Of a stretch of 36,778 nt of DNA, positions 1 through 7,168 are shown one piece after another. Position 1 is the first letter of the stretch; every line of letters starts with the position of its first letter. Source of the stretch: a virus; the UHGV virus genome UHGV-0212008; one strand, 5' to 3'. The translations under genes were made by a program, and so were the position numbers. The notes under the pieces are model-generated. The model worked only from the letters and a program-made list of their open reading frames with translations, ran no database searches and had not been told where the DNA came from.

Positions 1-33
1 CTGGAGGAAAAAACCTCCGTGAAAAGGAAAAAA

Positions 34-399
34 ATGAAAAATCCAAGAATTGATTTTAAAGAACTCGATTATTTTTTAAAGGCGTTAGCCGCCTTCGACT
101 TTAGCACCGATAGACTAATGAGCGCTCTCTATTATTACTGTGACGCCCGTCAAGACCTCGGCTATGCTGCCCGCCTGTATGTTGTTATTTGGAAAAATTG
201 CAGCGATGAACAAAAACAATACTTTAAAGATTATTTCAAGGTTTATAAAAAAATACCAAGCTTTGATTACCTATGGAATTGGTATTTTCACCACAATACC
301 GCAGATCAGTCCTTCGAGCTTAAAGCATCCAAAGCCCTCTTTAACTTGCTCATTAATGACATCACGCTTTGCAATGACCTAATCGACTCCACCAACTAA
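34..399 (+). CDS. hypothetical protein (121 aa), probably early-expressed
   Basis: ATG at 34 after AAAAGGA; lies downstream of the promoter at the window's far end if circular; followed by a terminator. Confidence 0.7.
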   Translation: MKNPRIDFKELDYFLKALAAFDFSTDRLMSALYYYCDARQDLGYAARLYVVIWKNCSDEQKQYFKDYFKVYKKIPSFDYLWNWYFHHNTADQSFELKASKALFNLLINDITLCNDLIDSTN

Positions 400-424
400 C
401 CTCAACCAGCCCAACTCACCATTT

Positions 425-449
425 AGCCGCCACGATCTGGCGGCTTTTT
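425..449 (+). terminator. intrinsic terminator
   Basis: AGCCGCC-acgatct-GGCGGCT followed by TTTT. Confidence 0.75.
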
Positions 450-465
450 AATTCCGCCACAACAC

Positions 466-652
466 AATTTGTAAATCGTTTTCAAATTCAAACTGAAATT
501 GATAATCATTTTCAAATTGACAACCCCTAACCGCCAACTTATTACAACACAAAACAGCCCAACTACTAATTTACTACTAATTTGCTACTAACTTACTACC
601 ACCTACAATTTGTAAATCATTTTCAAATTGGTATTCAAAAATGAAAATCAAG
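466..652. promoter_or_regulatory. cluster of Fur-box-like operators
   Basis: TGATAATCATTTTCA (500-514) is 1 mismatch from the 7-1-7 Fur box TGATAATnATTATCA; related copies at 470-484 and 611-625, partial copy at 642. Confidence 0.55.
562..600 (+). repeat. 11-bp tandem repeat (ACTACTAATTT), about 3.5 copies
   Basis: ACTACTAATTT ACTACTAATTT GCTACTAACTT ACTACC. Confidence 0.8.
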
Positions 653-675
653 CAATTAATCCCCTTTCTATATAT

Positions 676-702
676 TTAGCAGACATTTGCCCCGAGTGCT
701 AA
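676..702. promoter_or_regulatory. CIRCE-like element (HrcA operator)
   Basis: TTAGCAGAC-N9-GAGTGCTAA versus consensus TTAGCACTC-N9-GAGTGCTAA: 16/18 match, exact 9-nt spacer. Confidence 0.65.
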
Positions 703-1087
703 CCCCTCGAATGTCCCAAAAAATACCCAATGGCGCCGCCCTCAGCCCCACCGCTCCCGCCATGCCGTGCCGTCCGCCGTCAGTCGTTTAAATGGAACCA
801 AGGAAGGAAGCAACAGGGGGGGGCATAAAGGGGGTACGGGTGAAGGGAACGCCAAGACTAAAAGCTATTGCCCAAAACACAGGGGGTATAAAAAAAGGGG
901 GGTGTTGATAATCACGGGGATATTAATCACAGGGTGATTTGAGGGTGTGAGGGTGTGTGATAAGGACGGATTGAGGTCGGATAGCGTGGGTTAAGATTAA
1001 GAATCAGAGAAGTATTTTGGAGTGATTTAGGGGGTGTTTTGTAGCCGATTTTCCCCCCGTTATATGGGGTATTTTGAGGTCAGAATG

Positions 1088-1473
1088 AACTATGTCCTAG
1101 GCATATAACAAAATAGCGATTTAGTAAAGAAAAAGCATAGTTTTTAGGACATAGTTGGACATAGTACAGATAATACAGATATCTCACAGTATGAGATAAA
1201 GTACATAGTTAGGACATAGTTAGGACATAGTTTGAAGGGACAACTATGTCACAAAAAAAGCTAGTATTCATCGGCACTTTTTGCATTTAGGACATAGTTG
1301 ACATAGTTTTTCCATAAACTATTATCAAGAAAAAAAAAGTGTATAACAATATAGTATATATGTAAAGAATATAGGGGATATATATAGAGAAAGATTTAAA
1401 AAAGGGTGTCAAGTGTGTCCACTATGTCCGAGAATGAGGTGGTTTAGGGTGTATTTGGGGTGTTAGGATAGTT
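1088..1473. repeat. iteron-like array (TAGGACATAGTT; core ACATAGT), putative replication origin
   Basis: About 10 copies in both orientations (+ at 1145, 1156, 1201, 1210, 1221, 1288, 1300; - at 1088, 1242, 1421) around an AT-rich tract at about 1310-1403. Confidence 0.7.
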
Positions 1474-1563
1474 GCGTGTTTAGTAGGTTGTCCGAGGGTT
1501 TATAATAAGGCGGTAAGTAATCCGTGGGTTAATCCGTGGATTAAGTAAGGAGGACACACATAT

Positions 1564-2229
1564 ATGGCGGTTAAGAATAAGAAGAAGGTTACCCGTAAGG
1601 GTGTTGTCGGTGGTAAGTCCGAGGCAAGCGGAGAGGATGTCCGCACGGACACACAGTCCAGAGCGGGAGAACAGTCCAGAGCGGACGCACAGATCCAGGT
1701 GGTGTATGGAAGGAAGTTGCCAGAGGGCGAGGTTGTCGACGGGATACTGAGGCTTCGTGGCGAGGGTATCCCGTTGAGGATGATATGTGGGAGATACGGG
1801 ATATCGAGGACTAGGATGGACAGGTGGATGAGCCAGGGCGAGGAGGATGTGGACGAGGGGAAGGACACCCCGTGTTCGAGGCTGTATGTTGGCATGGCTA
1901 AGGCTGAGACGGCTGTTGCGGAGAGATGCATGGGCGGTATATTGAAGGCTGGCGAGGCTGATGGCGGGAGGAACTGGGCTGCGTTGGCGTGGATAATGGA
2001 GAGATGCTTCCCCGAGGAGTACGGACTCGCACGCCGTGCGGATGTCGGCGAGAAGGAGGCGTCGGTGCGTGTCGTCATGGGCGGACAGGGCGGAAGCGTG
2101 CCTCACGAGCCTGGCAGGGTTATGGGCGTGGTGGATGCCCGTGTCGAGGAACACACGGTGTCCGAGTCTCCGAGTGGTGAGAGTGGTGATGACAGTGATG
2201 ATTCCCACACGGATGGGAGCGGTGAGTAG
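1564..2229 (+). CDS. probable terminase small subunit
   Basis: Immediately upstream of terL; HTH-like segment (LRMICGRYGISRTRMDRW) and WAALAWIMERCFPEEYG motif; AGGAGG RBS. Confidence 0.65.
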   Translation: MAVKNKKKVTRKGVVGGKSEASGEDVRTDTQSRAGEQSRADAQIQVVYGRKLPEGEVVDGILRLRGEGIPLRMICGRYGISRTRMDRWMSQGEEDVDEGKDTPCSRLYVGMAKAETAVAERCMGGILKAGEADGGRNWAALAWIMERCFPEEYGLARRADVGEKEASVRVVMGGQGGSVPHEPGRVMGVVDARVEEHTVSESPSGESGDDSDDSHTDGSGE

Positions 2230-2231
2230 CC

Positions 2232-3734
2232 ATGGGATTGAGATACGATAAGCCGAGGAAGGGGCAGGAGAGGATACTGAACCTCTCCGAGCTGTGCGGA
2301 TACGGATACGACACGGAGCTGTTCACGAACGCATACTGGCTGCACAACCCGTGCAGGTACAGGGCGAATGTCGGAGGGAGAAACACGAAGAAGTCCACGG
2401 ACATGCTCGGACTCGAGCCGTTGTTCAAGATAATGTCGAACGAGTACAGGAACATCGTGATGATAAGACAGAACGACAGCGACAACCTCACAAGCACATA
2501 TGCGAGACTGAAGGGCATAATCGAGGAGCTGGCGATAGGCGACTTGTTCAAGGTGATGGTGAATCCGAGGCAGATAGTGTACAGGGAGACAGGACAGAAG
2601 ATAATGTTCAAGGGGTTCAACAACCCGACTGGCATAACCTCGGTGGCTGTGGAACACGGGGTGTTGAGCGATGCGTATATGGAGGAGATGTATGAGATGA
2701 GCGACTACGATGCGTTCAGAAAGCTCGATGGTTCGTTGCGTGGCGAGTTGCCGCCTGGCGTGCAGATCCAGATAACGATGGCTATGAACCCTTGGAGCAG
2801 GAAGCACTGGGTGTACGAGAAGATGTTCGCTGGAAGGCTCGACCCGAGTTTCGAGCAGTTGGAGAAGAATGCGTATCTGGACTGCTACGACAGGGATTTC
2901 CAGCTTGGATTCGGAAGAGGCTTGTACCTGCACCAGAGCACATACAGGGTGAACGAGTTCAGGACACCAGAGTACGATGCGAGCATGGAGTATATGCGAG
3001 ACCACGCACTCGAGATATACAAGGTCGAAGGACTTGGGATGTGGGGAAACAGTACGGAGCGTGTGTATCCCGAGTTCGTGCATAGCAGGAACATAGTGAG
3101 TGTCGAGGATGTGATGAGGATGCGTTTCAGGGCGTTCTCGATAGGGATAGACACAGGACTTAGCAACGGGGAAGGGCATATAAGGAAGGATGGTCGTGTT
3201 AAGAGTGCGACGACAGTGCAGTTGGTTGGCTTGACCTCGGACTGCCAGAAGATAGTTGCGATAGACGAGTGGTTCCATAGCAACGACGGGGAGCTGAAGC
3301 CGATGACGCAGGACGAGGAGGTTCGTGCGTGCGTGAATGTGATAAAGCACTGGCAGGATGTGGTGTGGAAAGGACATCCAGACTTGTTCAACGGAAGGAT
3401 GATACCCGTGTACATCGACTGTGCGGATATCGGATTCCGTGATGCGTTCATAAAGGAATGCGGAAGACAGCTTTTGTACAGGGCGCAGGCGACTGGAAGC
3501 ACGAAGATGGGGATACAGACCCGAGTTGATTTCATAAGGTGGCTTCTCGGATATGGGGAGTGCCAGATATGTGGAAAGTGCCAGAACCTCATAAGGGAGA
3601 TGGACGAGAGCCGAAGAGGCGACAAGGGCGAGACGAGGGAGAACCTCAACGACCACGCACTGAACGCCTGGGAATATGCGTGGACACCATTGAAGGCTTA
3701 CTTGATGGCTTGGGGTCAGTTCAAGCAGAGATGA
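2232..3734 (+). CDS. terL: terminase large subunit (PBSX/Terminase_3-like)
   Basis: Walker A-like GGRNTKKS, Walker B AYMEE, coupling motif MNP, GLGMWG, nuclease IGIDTG and C-terminal NDHALNAWEY. Confidence 0.92.
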   Translation: MGLRYDKPRKGQERILNLSELCGYGYDTELFTNAYWLHNPCRYRANVGGRNTKKSTDMLGLEPLFKIMSNEYRNIVMIRQNDSDNLTSTYARLKGIIEELAIGDLFKVMVNPRQIVYRETGQKIMFKGFNNPTGITSVAVEHGVLSDAYMEEMYEMSDYDAFRKLDGSLRGELPPGVQIQITMAMNPWSRKHWVYEKMFAGRLDPSFEQLEKNAYLDCYDRDFQLGFGRGLYLHQSTYRVNEFRTPEYDASMEYMRDHALEIYKVEGLGMWGNSTERVYPEFVHSRNIVSVEDVMRMRFRAFSIGIDTGLSNGEGHIRKDGRVKSATTVQLVGLTSDCQKIVAIDEWFHSNDGELKPMTQDEEVRACVNVIKHWQDVVWKGHPDLFNGRMIPVYIDCADIGFRDAFIKECGRQLLYRAQATGSTKMGIQTRVDFIRWLLGYGECQICGKCQNLIREMDESRRGDKGETRENLNDHALNAWEYAWTPLKAYLMAWGQFKQR

Positions 3735-3799
3735 GCTGTTGTAGTTTATAATTTGTGTGTATCCGTGAACGGATATGGGTGGGTGGCGATATTGGGAAT

Positions 3800-3823
3800 A
3801 ACACGGGGAGACCCGTGTTTTTT
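3800..3823 (+). terminator. intrinsic terminator after terL
   Basis: AACACGGG-gaga-CCCGTGTT followed by T run. Confidence 0.8.
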
Positions 3824-3827
3824 ATTA

Positions 3828-3870
3828 TTTTATAAAAAAGTGTTGCATAATTTTACAAAAAGCGTATAAT
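3828..3870 (+). promoter_or_regulatory. sigma-A-like promoter with twin TTTTAYAAAA boxes
   Basis: TTGCAT(3843)-16-TATAAT(3865); boxes at 3828 and 3851. Confidence 0.75.
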
Positions 3871-3894
3871 TTGAGATGTCAGGAGGATACAAAG

Positions 3895-4263
3895 ATGGAA
3901 GATTGGGCGAAGGCAATAAGTGATGTGAGAAAGAAGAAAGGTTGGACACGGGTAGAGCTTGCTAGGAAGATGAGGGTAAGCACCGAGTCGATTATGAAAT
4001 GGGAGAAGGGGTATGTGGAGCCTAGTATGAATTCGAGGAGGAAGCTCAAGGAGGTACTTAATGAAGACAGGGATGAGGAGATAATGAGGCTCATATATAT
4101 CTTGATGAAAAATATCCCTGCTAACAAGTTCAACGATGAGAGAATGTATATATTGGATTCGAAGGCAGGCAAGGGCTGTAGCACTCTTAAGGAATATATC
4201 AATGAGAGGATGAAGGCATTGTTCGGCGTGATTGTGGAATGGGGGGCGGAAAAGAAAGGATGA
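3895..4263 (+). CDS. XRE-family helix-turn-helix protein
   Basis: ISDVRKKKGWTRVELARKMRVSTESIMKWEKGYVEPS is a typical HTH_3 pattern; AGGAGG RBS. Confidence 0.88.
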   Translation: MEDWAKAISDVRKKKGWTRVELARKMRVSTESIMKWEKGYVEPSMNSRRKLKEVLNEDRDEEIMRLIYILMKNIPANKFNDERMYILDSKAGKGCSTLKEYINERMKALFGVIVEWGAEKKG

Positions 4264-4640
4264 AGGAACTGGAAAAGGAAATCAGCACGAGGAAATGGAA
4301 ATCGGAGTGTCTTGAAAAGTTTGTGATGTTCCTGAAGGAGCTGTACAAGAATCCAAATCATTACAAGAGGATAGTGATAAATTCCGATCTGGAGGATAGC
4401 GAGACAGGAAACCTCAAGCGTGAGGCTGAGTGTGTCGAATATGAGGACACGGATATTAGGAAACAGCTGGATTATGTATGGGGTATCGTTGCATCGCTTA
4501 TGAAATGCAATGTATGCAGTTATGCCGAGAACGATGAAGAGCTATGGTTTTGTTTCTGTGATGACAGCAGGCTAGGCGAGAGGGAAATCATATGTATGAG
4601 TTGCTATAAGGCTGAATGGGAGGCTAGGGAAAATGCGTGA
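4260..4640 (+). CDS. hypothetical protein
   Basis: ATGA overlap with the XRE gene; paralog of the interrupted frame at 5054. Confidence 0.75.
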   Translation: MKELEKEISTRKWKSECLEKFVMFLKELYKNPNHYKRIVINSDLEDSETGNLKREAECVEYEDTDIRKQLDYVWGIVASLMKCNVCSYAENDEELWFCFCDDSRLGEREIICMSCYKAEWEARENA

Positions 4641-4953
4641 TTTCAGCAAGTGTTTCAATTTGGACTATATGATGAACAATGTGAGGAAGATAGTGGTTGT
4701 GAAGAAGTGGTACTTGGATGGCAGCAGCACCAAGGTGATTGATGTGGATGCCAAAGTATTTGATAGGGAATGCACCAGTTCTGATGATTTCAAGAGGGAT
4801 ATGGCGTTCATATTGGGTGCAATGAGTATGTTGAAATTGTCTAGAGGCGTTGTACACGAGGCGACAGGAATGCTTATATTCGATTTCGATGCTGTGAATA
4901 CGGACAAGCGAGGAAGACAGTTGAAGGTAGAGATGTACTATATGGAATATTGA
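4633..4953 (+). CDS. hypothetical protein
   Basis: Overlapping operon arrangement, purine-rich RBS. Confidence 0.7.
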   Translation: MRDFSKCFNLDYMMNNVRKIVVVKKWYLDGSSTKVIDVDAKVFDRECTSSDDFKRDMAFILGAMSMLKLSRGVVHEATGMLIFDFDAVNTDKRGRQLKVEMYYMEY

Positions 4954-4967
4954 GAGGTGATAGGGAT

Positions 4968-5057
4968 ATGAAAAGCGATGATAAAAAAAAGAAGAATGCT
5001 GATTATAGTGTAATCATAAGAGGAAGAATTTTTATCAAGGGGGAAGCGGATAAATGA
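4968..5057 (+). CDS. small hypothetical protein (29 aa)
   Basis: GAGGTG RBS, ATG 4968, ends in ATGA overlap with the next frame. Confidence 0.4.
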   Translation: MKSDDKKKKNADYSVIIRGRIFIKGEADK

Positions 5058-5386
5058 AATTAGTGGAAATGAAGAAGCTTGATGATTTCGTTAAGTTTAA
5101 GAGACTTTTAAAGGAGTTTGTGAGGAATCCGAAATAGTATGACAGGATAGTCATACGAACTGATTTTGTAGGTGCTAAGCGTGGTTATTGCACTCGTAAG
5201 ATGTTTGATGGCAGTGAGGCTATCTGGGAACACTATAATGAGATATTGGAGACTATGACTTCGTTGTTGCTCACATACGATATTTCCGATTGTCTTGAGG
5301 GCGAATATATGACTGCGACTTGTTTCAATGATGACAGCGATGTCGACCATAAGAAAATTATTAGCGTGTTTTGTTTCAAGAATTAG
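5054..5386 (+). pseudogene. hypothetical gene interrupted by in-frame TAG at 5135-5137
   Basis: Frame reads LKEFVRNPK*YDRIVIRTD, aligning across the stop with LKELYKNPNHYKRIVINSD of the 4260 protein; continuous with ORF 5201..5386. Confidence 0.65.
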
Positions 5387-5412
5387 GGATACATAGGAGG
5401 ACACTAGGGATT

Positions 5413-6102
5413 ATGAGAATATGGAATTTGTTCGAGCAGAGCGGACATTTCAAGGATGTAGAGGCTGAGATGGGATATGATGGAATAGATGTCGATTGTG
5501 TGAAGACAGATCATACGGACTATGTGATGGACTTGCTTGCCGAGATGGACAAATGGGAGAAGGGCGAGGAATCGATATTTGATGAGATAAAGCAGGATGA
5601 TTTCGTGTTCAGCTTCTTTCCTTGCATAAGATTCGAAAATATGGCAGATATGCTGATTCAAGGACACAATTATCCAGACATATACAAGCCTATGGTAGAC
5701 CGCTTGGACATAAGTCGAGAGAGAGAGAGAGAGAGAAGTATGTGGTATGGATACTTTTGCCTCTTTTGCGAGATTATGCTGGTGAAAGGTGTGAGATGTG
5801 TGATAGAGAATCCGTATTTGACCACACACTATTTGACAAGATACTGTCCATTGAAAGCTGATTATTTCATTATGGATAGAAGCAAGTATGGAGACTATTT
5901 CAAGAAACCCACTCAGTTCTGGTTCTTGAACTGTGAGCCTAGGAATGGCTTGGTGGCTGTGAATTATGATAGCAAGCCAGTCAAGAAGATAATAAATGAG
6001 AGGGGCATAAATCGAAGTCTTATAAGCAAGGATTTCATAAGGGTGTTTCTTAGCGAGATAGTGGATTTGGAAGGGGAGGCAGTGAATAAGAAATATGAGT
6101 GA
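5413..6102 (+). CDS. putative DNA cytosine-5 methyltransferase-like protein
   Basis: Degenerate motif I (LFEQSG), catalytic FFPC, IENP (motif VI), KKPTQFW; contains a (GA)10 tract. Confidence 0.7.
   Translation: MRIWNLFEQSGHFKDVEAEMGYDGIDVDCVKTDHTDYVMDLLAEMDKWEKGEESIFDEIKQDDFVFSFFPCIRFENMADMLIQGHNYPDIYKPMVDRLDISRERERERSMWYGYFCLFCEIMLVKGVRCVIENPYLTTHYLTRYCPLKADYFIMDRSKYGDYFKKPTQFWFLNCEPRNGLVAVNYDSKPVKKIINERGINRSLISKDFIRVFLSEIVDLEGEAVNKKYE
5717..5736 (+). repeat. (GA)10 simple sequence repeat inside the methyltransferase
   Basis: Ten perfect GA units encoding RERERER. Confidence 0.95.
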
Positions 6103-7078
6103 CAGGTACGGACTGCCATATATGGGTAGCAAGTCGAAGATAGCGAAATGGGTTGTCGAGAGACTTCCTGAGGGCGATACATTGTACGATGTGTTCTGTG
6201 GCGGATGTGCGATAACGGACTATGCGATGAGGGCAAGGAAGTACAAAAGCTATGTGGTGAACGACATCACGAACATCGGATATGTGTTTAAGAAGGCACT
6301 GGATGGGGGATTCAAGAACGAGACAAGGTGGATAGACAGGAAGACATATTTCGAGAATCTTGAAGACCCATATGTGTATCTGTGCTTCTCGTTCGGGAAC
6401 AATCCAGTGTGCAGATATGCGTATGCTGTCGAGCTTGAGCCTTGGAAGAAGGCATTGCACTGGTGCTATGTGTTCAATGACCCAAGCTTGATGCACGAGT
6501 ATGGAGTCGATATCCCAGTATGCGATGACAAGGCAGGATACAGGAAGTGGATAAGGAACAACGAATCATACATAAGGGAGCGATATTGTGCGTGGGTGAA
6601 CGCACACAGGGATGAGATAGAGAACACGACAGGCTTGAGAATACGCCTTGAACGCTTGCAAAGCCTGGGGCATTTGCAGAAACTATAGCGGCTGAAAGAC
6701 AGTCTCCATATATTCCAAGGCGACTATAGGGATGTCGTGATTCCCAAATCCAGTGGTGTGGTGTATTGCGACCCTCCATATCGTAATACGAGGCAGTATT
6801 ACGATATGGAGGGTGGGGAGAAGCGAGACCTTACCAAGACATTCGACTATGATGGATTCTATGCTTGGTGTGAGTGGCAATCATACGAGAACAAGAATCA
6901 AGTGTTCGTGTCATCGTACGATTTGCCAAGCGACAAGTTCCGCCGAGTAGCATCCGTGGACAAGGGCTCTAACTTGCACGGAGGTGCAAATTATTACGAT
7001 GACAAGATAGAGGGCTTGTATGTGCCTAAGGAGCAGGCGTGCGATCTGGTGGATTATGTGCAGGTCAAGTTGTTCTAA
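6095..7078 (+). pseudogene. Dam/D12-class DNA adenine methyltransferase interrupted by in-frame TAG at 6686-6688
   Basis: LPYMGSK and DVFCGG (SAM binding) lie before the stop; GDYRDV and YCDPPY (catalytic) lie after it in the same frame. Confidence 0.8.
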
Positions 7079-7105
7079 GTTTGGGGAAATCCCCAAACTT
7101 TTTTT
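7077..7105 (+). terminator. intrinsic terminator closing the methyltransferase cassette
   Basis: AAGTTTGGGGA-aa-TCCCCAAACTT followed by T run. Confidence 0.85.
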
Positions 7106-7168
7106 ATATGTCGAGTGGCTATATAATGTTTTGTCTTATAATACTTGATATATGGAGGTTTGACACAA

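Noticed and set aside
1088..1473. CRISPR or guide-RNA array
   Set aside because: Repeats are 8-12 bp, irregularly spaced, in both orientations, with no uniform spacers
2103..3656. 517-aa minus-strand ORF and other long antisense ORFs
   Set aside because: Shadow frames of well-supported + strand genes, explained by codon bias; no motifs or RBS support
3895..4263. Lysogeny switch / prophage
   Set aside because: No divergent repressor pair, integrase, att site or flanking host genes
5135..6688. Genome-wide TAG-to-Gln recoding (code 15)
   Set aside because: TAG is clearly a stop elsewhere: the SSB-like protein ends DDDDLPF-TAG, and major capsid readthrough would run through its terminator. No suppressor tRNA is visible.
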